From the sequence record MN850583.1: a stretch of DNA of 42,507 bases. One strand, written 5' to 3'. This DNA is from Escherichia phage glasur. Shown here in pieces: positions 1-6,824 of the stretch (its first letter is position 1; every line of letters starts with the position of its first letter). Under the pieces are notes generated by a model, which had not been told where the DNA came from, did no database searches, and saw nothing but the letters and a program-made list of their open reading frames with translations. A program made the translations under genes and the position numbers.

Positions 1-23
1 TATCACTATAGTCACTTTCATAA
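1..23 (-). promoter_or_regulatory. Inverted exact copy of the 23-nt phage-promoter-like element (TTATGAAAGTGACTATAGTGATA on the minus strand), ending exactly at the window boundary
   Basis: Reverse complement of 1-23 is identical over 23 nt to 20845-20867. It matches the T7 promoter core ACTATAG in the same register. Orientation points out of the window. Confidence 0.45.
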
Positions 24-29
24 TTATCT

Positions 30-128
30 AATGATTACAGTAACTTATAACCTATCTGATAACGGTATCTATCTTATGCAATAACCTATTCAATCAAATA
101 TTTATTCTCAATGATTACAGTAACTTAT
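30..128. repeat. Two copies of a 19-nt direct repeat AATGATTACAGTAACTTAT (30-48 and 110-128) in the AT-rich left terminal region
   Basis: Read directly from the sequence; the copies are 80 bp apart and lie upstream of the early promoters. Confidence 0.7.
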
Positions 129-160
129 CCACTATTTGAGCTATTCAGTGAAAATAATTC

Positions 161-190
161 TTGCAAGTCTGATTAGCTTTATGCTGTAAT
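161..190 (+). promoter_or_regulatory. Host sigma70-type early promoter (TTGCAA-N18-TGTAAT with TGn extended -10)
   Basis: -35 TTGCAA at 161-166, -10 TGTAAT at 185-190 preceded by TGc. First of four similarly built promoters, analogous to the T7 A1-A3 arrangement. Confidence 0.5.
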
Positions 191-263
191 TCATCTCGCC
201 GGGTAGCAGAACATCGCTACACGGTGGCAAGACGGTAACACTGCTCTTTAACAATCTGGTGTG

Positions 264-292
264 TTGACAAGGCAAGCTCACTATGCTGTAAT
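264..292 (+). promoter_or_regulatory. Host sigma70-type early promoter (TTGACA-N17-TGTAAT, extended -10)
   Basis: Consensus -35 TTGACA at 264-269, 17-nt spacer, TGcTGTAAT with -10 at 287-292. Confidence 0.65.
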
Positions 293-400
293 GCTTCCAG
301 TCAGCCAGACAAGCCAAACAGTCATGGATAAAGACGTTAAAACCCTCGCAGGCTAACTGGTACGGTTTAATCATCTCAGAACGGGCGCTGATTAAAACGG

Positions 401-429
401 TTGACAGGATGAAACGAGTATGCTGTAAT
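401..429 (+). promoter_or_regulatory. Host sigma70-type early promoter (TTGACA-N17-TGTAAT, extended -10)
   Basis: TTGACA at 401-406, 17-nt spacer, TGcTGTAAT with -10 at 424-429. Confidence 0.65.
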
Positions 430-479
430 GCACACCAGATTGACAGGCAGCAAGCCAGTCAGTCAGAAGTAAAAAGTAG

Positions 480-508
480 TTGACACGCTGAATACGATGT
501 GATGTAAT
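480..508 (+). promoter_or_regulatory. Host sigma70-type early promoter (TTGACA-N17-TGTAAT)
   Basis: TTGACA at 480-485, 17-nt spacer, TGaTGTAAT with -10 at 503-508. Confidence 0.65.
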
Positions 509-986
509 CAGCACCGAGTTGAAAGGTTGCAAAACAACCTGCTCTGAGTGAACGTAAACAGGCCACGTAGTGTCTCGGCCTCATGGGTATCCGGCGCAGC
601 TAGGAACTGGTGAGGGCATCGCTGAAAAGCAACGGTATCGCAACATTGCTAACGCCGTAGGGGTAGCGCCCGATGCAAGGGAACGGAGAAGCGCGATAGA
701 CGCAGCGCAGTATCAGCACAATCCCAAACGTCTTATAAGGCGCGGAGTATAGCGGGTAGGTAGTCAAACGGCTTGTTAGCTGGCAACGGTGAGCAAGATA
801 CGCGACGGACTGCTGGAAGACTCCTGAGAGTGGATGCAGACAATATCCATGGCGCGAAATGGGCGGGGCGATTTTTCAGGGTAGTGAATCCGACAAGCCA
901 ATCAATGCCACTGAGTGCAGACTGTACGGCGCGTCACAATGGGTTCACTATCCACCTGAAAATAGCCAACAACTGGAGAAATAACT

Positions 987-1379
987 ATGTACCGTATCTA
1001 TGCAAGCGCATACCGCCAGAACAATGCTGAGTGTGTTAATCTGGCGCTTCATTGCAAGGCACTGCGAACGGTGCAGGATATGTTCGGAGTGATTCCGGTC
1101 ACACTGACAGGCAAGTTCGACAATGCGTATGAGTTAAGCATGGTCTTCCCTGTCGATGGAATCTACGAAATCAGACAGGCTGTTAAGCTGTTCTGTAAAG
1201 CCTTTGAACAGGACTGCATCATGGTAGTGACCGACGACAATGATGCAATCTTCATGGATTCACCATATCCGGGCAAGCCTGCTGGCAAGTTTGTCAGCAA
1301 GACAGAAGCGGAGATGGAGGCCGGGCAGTTCACTGCTTGGACTTACGATGGTGAGCAATTTTGGGTAGTGGAGGCGTAA
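987..1379 (+). CDS. Early protein of unknown function (130 aa)
   Basis: ORF track 987..1379. ATG preceded by GGAG about 8 nt upstream. First gene after the roughly 470-nt leader. Confidence 0.7.
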   Translation: MYRIYASAYRQNNAECVNLALHCKALRTVQDMFGVIPVTLTGKFDNAYELSMVFPVDGIYEIRQAVKLFCKAFEQDCIMVVTDDNDAIFMDSPYPGKPAGKFVSKTEAEMEAGQFTAWTYDGEQFWVVEA

Positions 1380-1380
1380 T

Positions 1381-1452
1381 ATGTTCACTGCACTCTGTGT
1401 GATAGCGGCGGCGTGCTGGCTGATTGACCAGCGCCTGTCTAAGCGAGCCTGA
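1381..1452 (+). CDS. Possible small hydrophobic peptide (23 aa, MFTALCVIAAACWLIDQRLSKRA)
   Basis: Below the ORF-track size cutoff. ATG sits 1 nt after the upstream stop with GGAGG 7 nt upstream; the peptide is hydrophobic. Confidence 0.35.
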   Translation: MFTALCVIAAACWLIDQRLSKRA

Positions 1453-1453
1453 T

Positions 1454-1537
1454 ATGTGGGACTTACTGGTAGCGTTGTTCTGGTTCGTCTTTGCAGGCTT
1501 GTGGATTTACTGGTTGACTCGTCCCAAATTATGGTGA
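1454..1537 (+). CDS. Possible small membrane peptide (27 aa, MWDLLVALFWFVFAGLWIYWLTRPKLW)
   Basis: ATG 1 nt after the previous stop; one predicted transmembrane helix; only a weak ribosome-binding site. Confidence 0.3.
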   Translation: MWDLLVALFWFVFAGLWIYWLTRPKLW

Positions 1538-1543
1538 CTGCCT

Positions 1544-1565
1544 AATGCGTCTTGCGAGGCGCATT
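1544..1565 (+). promoter_or_regulatory. Intergenic RNA hairpin with TCTTGCGAGG loop (candidate RNase III or processing site)
   Basis: Stem AATGCG/CGCATT around loop TCTTGCGAGG. Same loop family as the hairpins near 2143, 2498, 2906, 5328, 5632 and 25635. Confidence 0.4.
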
Positions 1566-1601
1566 GTGAAGTAACCAACCAACAACCCGACGAGGTGTAT
1601 C

Positions 1602-2129
1602 ATGACTACTGTTAAATATACTGCATTCAAAGATGCTGCGGCGCTGGACAAAGCTATCGAAGCGACTGTCAAAAAGGCGCACTCACTCCGTAACGATATT
1701 CAGAACGTTGCGGTCGGTATTATCCTGCACGCTTACCATCACGGCGACTACACTCGTGCTGAGTCGTTCACTCACCAACTGGGTGATGGCGTCCGTGGTA
1801 AGGCGCTGGTTGACTGGTTCGTCCAGTTCGGCGGCCTGATTGTGGGTGAGCATGAAGATGGCAAATCCGGCTTCGTTGGCTGGAAGGGTGCCGACTTCAT
1901 CAAAGAGAACATCGACAAGGCGAAAGCCACGATGTGGTGGACTTGCAAGCCAGAAGCGGCCTTTGATGGCTTCGACCTGCAAGATGCGCTCGAAAAGCTG
2001 ATTGCCAAAGCTGAAAAGGCAATGAACAAGGCGAACGAGCTGCGCCACGAAGGGCGCGATGAGGATGCGAACAAGGTTGTCGTGCCTCAGAACGTGCTGG
2101 ACGGCCTGCGCAAGCTGAAAGCTGCGTAA
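1602..2129 (+). CDS. Early protein of unknown function (175 aa)
   Basis: ORF track. GAGGTG about 7 nt upstream of the ATG. Confidence 0.75.
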   Translation: MTTVKYTAFKDAAALDKAIEATVKKAHSLRNDIQNVAVGIILHAYHHGDYTRAESFTHQLGDGVRGKALVDWFVQFGGLIVGEHEDGKSGFVGWKGADFIKENIDKAKATMWWTCKPEAAFDGFDLQDALEKLIAKAEKAMNKANELRHEGRDEDANKVVVPQNVLDGLRKLKAA

Positions 2130-2142
2130 GCGGGATTGACTC

Positions 2143-2179
2143 AAGCCATCTTGCGAGGTGGCTTTATGGCAATTCTGCC
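2143..2179 (+). promoter_or_regulatory. Leader element: hairpin (loop TCTTGCGAGG) followed by GGCAATTCTGCC (copy 1 of 4)
   Basis: Stem AAGCCA/TGGCTT, then GGCA-N4-TGCC at 2168-2179. The same two-part element precedes the genes at 2561, 2965 and 3584. Confidence 0.5.
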
Positions 2180-2202
2180 CCAACAATTACGGAGTATCAT
2201 CC

Positions 2203-2487
2203 ATGACCACTAAAACTGTTCTGGCCTACGTCACCAAGAAAGGCGAAGAAGTGTACGGCTATGCTGTGTCTATCGACGGCGGCCAAAACTACCTGCATCA
2301 CGTTCGTGAAGAAGGTGAACCGACCGACCATGATGGCATTCTGGAAACGCTGAAAGGCATTCCGCTGCCGCACGAAATCATCTGTATGCTGGCTGGCCAG
2401 ACGGAAGATGACCTGCAACTGCGTCACGGCGATGACCTGACCATTCAGGGTATCGGCAGCTTCGAAGCTGACGTAGACGACGAATAA
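2203..2487 (+). CDS. Small acidic protein (94 aa), member 1 of the tandem acidic array (C-terminal SFEAD motif)
   Basis: Internal ATG of track ORF 2158..2487 chosen because GGAG lies 8 nt upstream. Acidic composition; ends GIGSFEADVDDE. Confidence 0.65.
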   Translation: MTTKTVLAYVTKKGEEVYGYAVSIDGGQNYLHHVREEGEPTDHDGILETLKGIPLPHEIICMLAGQTEDDLQLRHGDDLTIQGIGSFEADVDDE

Positions 2488-2497
2488 GCGTTGTCCT

Positions 2498-2535
2498 GCT
2501 GCATCCTTGCGAGGGTGCAGCGTGGCAATACTGCC
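2498..2535 (+). promoter_or_regulatory. Leader element: hairpin (loop TCCTTGCGAGGG) followed by GGCAATACTGCC (copy 2 of 4)
   Basis: Stem GCTGCA/TGCAGC, then GGCAATACTGCC at 2524-2535. Confidence 0.5.
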
Positions 2536-2560
2536 TTATTCCAATCTGAGGATTAATCCT

Positions 2561-2899
2561 ATGTCTACACTGAAACTGGTACTGATTTCTAACATCGCTG
2601 CTGACGCTTTCGACGCTGATGACGTGGCAGAACTGCAACCGCAGACCTTCGTTGGCTTCCAGCGTGATGGCGAACCGGGCGCACTGGTTGTTGGCCCGAC
2701 TGGTGGTGACGGCGCGGAAGAAGTGAAAGCGCACTTCCACGAGGGCAACCTGCCGCCTGCACTGCCGCTGCAACTGGTTGCCATGTTCGAAGGTCTGGCA
2801 TTCGTCAGCCCGGACAACCTGAAAGAAGCGACCATCGAAGTCATCGCTGAGTACGAGCAGGACGGCGACGACGATGATGACGTGGACTTCTCTGCGTGA
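2561..2899 (+). CDS. Small acidic protein (112 aa), member 2 of the tandem acidic array (poly-Asp C-terminus)
   Basis: ATG at 2561 with TGAGGA upstream, inside track ORF 2507..2899. Ends ...EQDGDDDDDVDFSA. Confidence 0.65.
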   Translation: MSTLKLVLISNIAADAFDADDVAELQPQTFVGFQRDGEPGALVVGPTGGDGAEEVKAHFHEGNLPPALPLQLVAMFEGLAFVSPDNLKEATIEVIAEYEQDGDDDDDVDFSA

Positions 2900-2905
2900 T
2901 ACCTT

Positions 2906-2943
2906 ACTGCCTCGTTGCGACGGGGCAGTGCGGCAATCATGCC
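2906..2943 (+). promoter_or_regulatory. Leader element: hairpin (loop TCGTTGCGACGG) followed by GGCAATCATGCC (copy 3 of 4)
   Basis: Stem ACTGCC/GGCAGT, then GGCAATCATGCC at 2932-2943. Confidence 0.5.
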
Positions 2944-2964
2944 CAACCTAACTGGAGATTTACC

Positions 2965-3246
2965 ATGGCTACAATCAACGTGTATTCCCTGAGCAACGGC
3001 GGTCTGGCATTCATCGCTGGTGATAAGGTAGACGAAGCGCCGTCGCTGGGCGTGACGCCGAAACCGGAAGCCAGCCGTGATGATGTTATCGCGGAAGTCA
3101 AGGGTGCGCTGGAAGACCTCGGCGGTCTGCTGTTCGTCCTGAATGGTGGCAAGCTGTCGGTTGAAAAGCTGGACGCGCTGGAACCTGTCTTTGTTGAGAG
3201 CTTCGAAGCTGACAACATCGACCTCGCTGCTTTCGCTGACGCCTAA
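2965..3246 (+). CDS. Small acidic protein (93 aa), member 3 of the tandem acidic array; clear paralogue of the gene at 3584
   Basis: ATG at 2965 with GGAG upstream. N-terminus MATINVYSL..., central LGGLLFVLNGG and C-terminal SFEAD match the 3584 product. Confidence 0.7.
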   Translation: MATINVYSLSNGGLAFIAGDKVDEAPSLGVTPKPEASRDDVIAEVKGALEDLGGLLFVLNGGKLSVEKLDALEPVFVESFEADNIDLAAFADA

Positions 3247-3284
3247 GCATAACCCGAAACCCACAACCAAAGAGGACAATCAAC

Positions 3285-3515
3285 ATGGCTAAGTTTGAAC
3301 TGGTACGCTTCATTGACCCGAACGATGGCGAAGAAACCTTCGCGCAGTTTGCTGATGACCGCTCGCTGGTCGCCATCTACAACACTGAGCGCACGGCGCG
3401 GCGCTGGTTCAAGGAAGATGAAGACATGGACAGCATCGAAGAAGCGCTGGCTATGCCGGGCTACGCTGAGGCTGTCGAGGCAGCACTGAAAGGCGAAGTC
3501 GTAGCGACTGCGTGA
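3285..3515 (+). CDS. Small acidic protein of unknown function (76 aa)
   Basis: ORF track. AGAGGA ribosome-binding site upstream of the ATG. Confidence 0.7.
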   Translation: MAKFELVRFIDPNDGEETFAQFADDRSLVAIYNTERTARRWFKEDEDMDSIEEALAMPGYAEAVEAALKGEVVATA

Positions 3516-3522
3516 TTTCTGT

Positions 3523-3561
3523 CAGCCCATCCATAGCGGTGGGCTGTAGGGCAATCATGCC
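3523..3561 (+). promoter_or_regulatory. Leader element: hairpin (7-bp stem CAGCCCA/TGGGCTG) followed by GGCAATCATGCC (copy 4 of 4)
   Basis: Hairpin at 3523-3546, then GGCAATCATGCC at 3550-3561. Confidence 0.5.
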
Positions 3562-3583
3562 ACAACAACTGAGGGTATACACC

Positions 3584-3892
3584 ATGGCAACTATCAACGT
3601 TTTCAAAACTATCACTGGCTCACTGGTATTCGTAGTGGGTGAACTGCGTGAAGATGCACCAATCGTTGGCGTGTCTCTGCGTGAAGGGGCAACCGAGGCT
3701 GACGCCATCGCTGAGATTCGTCAGAACATTGAGAACCTCGGCGGCCTGTTCTTCCTGCTGCAAGGTGGCAGCCTGAACCTCGCTAAGTTGCAGGAGCATG
3801 AGCCTGTGCTCGTGACCAGCTTCGAAGCGGAAGACGTAGACGCCAGTGACTTCGAAGCCAGCCGCGCTGACGAAGAAGAAGCAGGCGAGTAA
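3584..3892 (+). CDS. Small acidic protein (102 aa), member 4 of the tandem acidic array; paralogue of the gene at 2965
   Basis: ATG at 3584 with GAGGG upstream. MATINVFKT..., LGGLFFLLQGG, SFEAEDVDASDFEAS and an acidic tail. Confidence 0.7.
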   Translation: MATINVFKTITGSLVFVVGELREDAPIVGVSLREGATEADAIAEIRQNIENLGGLFFLLQGGSLNLAKLQEHEPVLVTSFEAEDVDASDFEASRADEEEAGE

Positions 3893-4001
3893 TGAGCGCC
3901 ATCGAGGTGGCACTGATGTTGGGCTGTCATGCAGGTATTGGCAGCCTCGTCATCTACATCGTTGGCGCGGCACGCAAATCATACGATAGGAGAACCAAGC
4001 T

Positions 4002-4178
4002 ATGAAACTTGCAGTATCGCGCAGCGGTGCAAGCCATGCGGCACACAAGTTGCACTTCCTGTTCCACTCGCTGTACCTTACAGCGGCTGCGATGGAGGGT
4101 CACTTGTTCTACAGCCTCATGGCTGGCGGCACCTTACTGTTCATGGTTGGCACGGCGGTGCTGGGCAATGAACATTAA
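4002..4178 (+). CDS. Possible small membrane protein (58 aa)
   Basis: ATG with strong AGGAGA 8 nt upstream and a hydrophobic C-terminal half. Alternative overlapping frames (3892..4005, 3929..4171, 4201..4341) cannot be excluded. Confidence 0.35.
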   Translation: MKLAVSRSGASHAAHKLHFLFHSLYLTAAAMEGHLFYSLMAGGTLLFMVGTAVLGNEH

Positions 4179-4405
4179 TCTGTTACAACGGGTCAAGGGT
4201 ATGGAGCGTCGGCACTGGGAGACGGCCATCATCCTTAAGGTAAGCATAAGCGCTGGACTTGCTGCTGCTTATTTCCTGCCAACCACCGCAGCAATAGCCG
4301 TTGGTATCAGCACCAACCTGCTATGGTTGTGGAAGTTGTAAGCAGTGGATTACTCAAGGCTGTCCAGCGGGTAACCTTTTTGAAATCCATTGACGAGAGG
4401 GGAGC

Positions 4406-4744
4406 ATGGCACTACATCGAGTGAAGGTAATGCGTGGGCCTGACTTCGAAGACGGACAAGAGATTGCTGCATTGCAGTACCGCTTGCCGTCAGGTCAGGA
4501 GGGGCTGGTCATCATCGACCAGATTGAAATCATGGGTGAGCACATGCTGATTGCTGATGCCACCGATGAGCAAATCATTGAGCGCTGCAAGGCATACGCC
4601 GGGGGCAGACCGTTCATCATCGACCTGATGAATGACCAGCACATCAATGCTGATGGTTCGCTGCTGTTCAAGGCGTGGCTTCATGCTCTCACAACAATCT
4701 ACGAAGGGGAGATGTATCTCTTTGGAGTAGGCACCGAGGGTTAA
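4406..4744 (+). CDS. Early protein of unknown function (112 aa)
   Basis: ORF track. Strong GAGAGGGGAG ribosome-binding site. Confidence 0.75.
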   Translation: MALHRVKVMRGPDFEDGQEIAALQYRLPSGQEGLVIIDQIEIMGEHMLIADATDEQIIERCKAYAGGRPFIIDLMNDQHINADGSLLFKAWLHALTTIYEGEMYLFGVGTEG

Positions 4745-4746
4745 TC

Positions 4747-5061
4747 ATGAAAGTAAGCAAAGGATATCTGTTCGTGCTGTTGATGCTGGCTACCCTGTAT
4801 CTCAGCACATGCCACATCGCACTGGCTGCTGATGTGGAGAAGGTGCATTTGGATGCGTATGACGTACCGCTGGGCGCACCTGATGGACAGGTGTACTCTG
4901 CTTGCGTCATTGACCTACGCAAAGGTGGCACTGTCAGCACACTGGCCTACGTTGGTGAGTGTGAGGATGTGCTGCCACACCTGAAAGAAAAGCTGGAGCA
5001 TGATGGCGTGACCACCATCGTGACTCTCTCAATCAACGGTCATAACATCAACCTAACGTGA
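4747..5061 (+). CDS. Predicted secreted small protein (104 aa) with N-terminal signal peptide
   Basis: ATG at 4747 with GAGGG upstream. N-terminus MKVSKGYLFVLLMLATLYLSTCHIALA-ADV has a hydrophobic core and an A-x-A cleavage site. Confidence 0.6.
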   Translation: MKVSKGYLFVLLMLATLYLSTCHIALAADVEKVHLDAYDVPLGAPDGQVYSACVIDLRKGGTVSTLAYVGECEDVLPHLKEKLEHDGVTTIVTLSINGHNINLT

Positions 5062-5069
5062 GGTTTTAA

Positions 5070-5321
5070 ATGAGCACTCAAGCTAAGATTGTAATTCTGC
5101 GCAACGACTATGGCCGTCCTACTCCGTTCGGCACCTTCTGTCCGTTCCTCGATACCATTGAGGGTAAAGAGTACGATGTACTCATCCTCGAACCGGGTGA
5201 GGTGGACGCCGAAGGGGATGAAGTTGACAAGCGCTCGGTCAGTTTCCGCGATGAAGTGGGTGACTTAGCTGGCGCACACATTGACTACCATGAAGGTAAG
5301 TCATTCAAGTTCGTCGAGTAA
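5070..5321 (+). CDS. Early protein of unknown function (83 aa), acidic
   Basis: ORF track. GAGG about 10 nt upstream. Confidence 0.65.
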   Translation: MSTQAKIVILRNDYGRPTPFGTFCPFLDTIEGKEYDVLILEPGEVDAEGDEVDKRSVSFRDEVGDLAGAHIDYHEGKSFKFVE

Positions 5322-5327
5322 TAATCT

Positions 5328-5351
5328 ACAGCCTCTGCTTGCGGGGGCTGT
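5328..5351 (+). promoter_or_regulatory. Intergenic RNA hairpin (stem ACAGCC/GGCTGT, loop TCTGCTTGCGGG)
   Basis: Lies directly after a stop codon and upstream of the next ribosome-binding site; same loop family as the other early hairpins. Confidence 0.4.
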
Positions 5352-5379
5352 GTCACTAACAAATAAACGAGAGGCAAAC

Positions 5380-5625
5380 ATGGCTAAGTATGACGTATAC
5401 AAAGACGGCGAAGGTGACTGGACTATCGTACCGGAAGGGCAGAAGATTGCAGCCCCGGTCGATGTGATTGCAATGAACGGCGCGGCGGCTGAGACACTGG
5501 CTGATGTGCAGCGCATCGCAACCACCAAGCGTGCAGGCTTCGAAGCTAACCGCACGCATGTCAAGTCGCAGGCTGTCATCAATCGCTTCGGCCCGTATGA
5601 ACTGGCCGGGACTATCGAAGTGTGA
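5380..5625 (+). CDS. Early protein of unknown function (81 aa)
   Basis: ATG at 5380 with GAGAGG upstream, inside track ORF 5281..5625. Confidence 0.65.
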   Translation: MAKYDVYKDGEGDWTIVPEGQKIAAPVDVIAMNGAAAETLADVQRIATTKRAGFEANRTHVKSQAVINRFGPYELAGTIEV

Positions 5626-5631
5626 TAAGCT

Positions 5632-5656
5632 ACTGCCCCTGCGTGCCGGGGGCAGT
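5632..5656 (+). promoter_or_regulatory. Intergenic RNA hairpin (8-bp stem ACTGCCCC/GGGGCAGT, loop TGCGTGCCG)
   Basis: Read directly from the sequence; sits between two genes. Confidence 0.4.
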
Positions 5657-5684
5657 GTCATTATCAAACGATGGAGGTAACATC

Positions 5685-5969
5685 ATGGTGCTGGCATCTG
5701 AATCAATCATTGAGCACGCTGCTGATATCCGGGCGGCGGTTGAAAAGCGCGGGGTCGCAGCTACCCGTGGTCATCTCTCTGGCAACGGTGGCCTGCGTGG
5801 TCACAGCGTAGGCGGTGTGTTCCCCTGCGTTATCTTTGCTCGTGGCAATCCTAATGTGAAGCTCGACTGGTGCTTCCTCACACCAGCGGGTGATGAGTTC
5901 GATGGCTTCATTAGTTATGAGGATGCGTATGCAGCCGCGCAAGAATGGCTGGAGAAAAGAGAGGTGTAA
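5685..5969 (+). CDS. Early protein of unknown function (94 aa)
   Basis: ATG at 5685 with GGAGG upstream, inside track ORF 5622..5969. Confidence 0.65.
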   Translation: MVLASESIIEHAADIRAAVEKRGVAATRGHLSGNGGLRGHSVGGVFPCVIFARGNPNVKLDWCFLTPAGDEFDGFISYEDAYAAAQEWLEKREV

Positions 5970-5970
5970 C

Positions 5971-6264
5971 ATGAGCAGAAGTGCTAAGTGGGATGCGCTG
6001 GTACAGTGGGTGAAGGATAGCTTTGGGCCACCGCCTACCCCTGACCACGATGACTCGCCGTTCCAATACGTCGAGAAGAAAACGCAGGAGCTTAAGCTGG
6101 GCGACTACGTTGTAGCATACGGTGGATACATCCAGCGCATCGGTGCCGTTGAGTATGATGGCAGCCGACTGGTTGTAACCAAGCTGGGGCATAGCCCTGA
6201 ACGTGAATGGCAGGCGTTTGAAGACGACGAGTTCACAATCCGCACACTGAAAGAAGGAAAGTAA
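5971..6264 (+). CDS. Early protein of unknown function (97 aa)
   Basis: ATG at 5971 with GAGAGG upstream, inside track ORF 5890..6264. Confidence 0.65.
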   Translation: MSRSAKWDALVQWVKDSFGPPPTPDHDDSPFQYVEKKTQELKLGDYVVAYGGYIQRIGAVEYDGSRLVVTKLGHSPEREWQAFEDDEFTIRTLKEGK

Positions 6265-6266
6265 TC

Positions 6267-6782
6267 ATGGCTATTGACTTTAAATTATTCAACGCCGAGC
6301 AACTTGAAACTGTCAAGTCTCTGGCTGAGTTCATCGACAACCACCCGGAGCTGAGCGAACTGGTTGAGTTCAAGGGTGGCTACCTGCCGAAGCAAAGTTA
6401 CATCGGCGCGGTGCGTAAAGGTCGTGAAGGTATGCTGGATATTATTCCGCAGACCAGAACCGGGGCGCTGCTGGCACGCAACGTCAGCGTGCTGATTGGC
6501 ATGAACGTGAAGCGTGCCAGTGAGCAGGGCAATGCGGCTGAGGTTGAGACGCTGCGCCTGACGGGTACGCTCGCAGCTAAGGCCATGTCGGAACCGGACA
6601 TTGCCGAGCGCTATCACGACTGGTACATGGCGTGCGCTAATGTGCCAAGCGATATCAGTGAGACGACGCTGGGCCTGCTGTTCGTCGGTGAGTTCATCGA
6701 CGCAACCATCCGTGCAGTCAGCGGTCAGGTGGGTGAATTAATTCAGGCAATGCAGCAGGCCAAGAATGCAACCCGTCACTAA
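6267..6782 (+). CDS. Protein of unknown function (171 aa), last gene of the early module
   Basis: ORF track. AGGAA ribosome-binding site. Confidence 0.75.
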   Translation: MAIDFKLFNAEQLETVKSLAEFIDNHPELSELVEFKGGYLPKQSYIGAVRKGREGMLDIIPQTRTGALLARNVSVLIGMNVKRASEQGNAAEVETLRLTGTLAAKAMSEPDIAERYHDWYMACANVPSDISETTLGLLFVGEFIDATIRAVSGQVGELIQAMQQAKNATRH

Positions 6783-6800
6783 GCTCACCGTAACCAAATC

Positions 6801-6824
6801 ACCCACCGGATTATTCTGGTGGGT
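6801..6824 (+). terminator. Hairpin at the early/middle module boundary (stem ACCCACC/GGTGGGT); possible terminator or processing site
   Basis: 7-bp stem with 10-nt loop just after the stop of the 6267 gene and upstream of the promoter-like element at 6971. There is no U-run, so this is not a canonical intrinsic terminator. Confidence 0.3.

Noticed and set aside
940-960. tRNA-like T-loop resemblance (GGTTCACTATCC) in the leader
   Set aside because: One nucleotide too long for the GGTTCRANYCC T-loop consensus and no surrounding cloverleaf; no tRNA gene is called.
570-1030. Track ORFs 570..752 and 773..1030 in the leader region
   Set aside because: They begin with non-ATG starts, lack ribosome-binding sites, overlap the well-supported gene at 987, and have Arg/Gly-rich translations. 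Better explained as untranslated leader.
4342-4405. Possible intrinsic terminator (weak stem followed by CCTTTTTG) upstream of the gene at 4406
   Set aside because: The stem is only about 4 bp (GCTG/CAGC), which is too weak to call.
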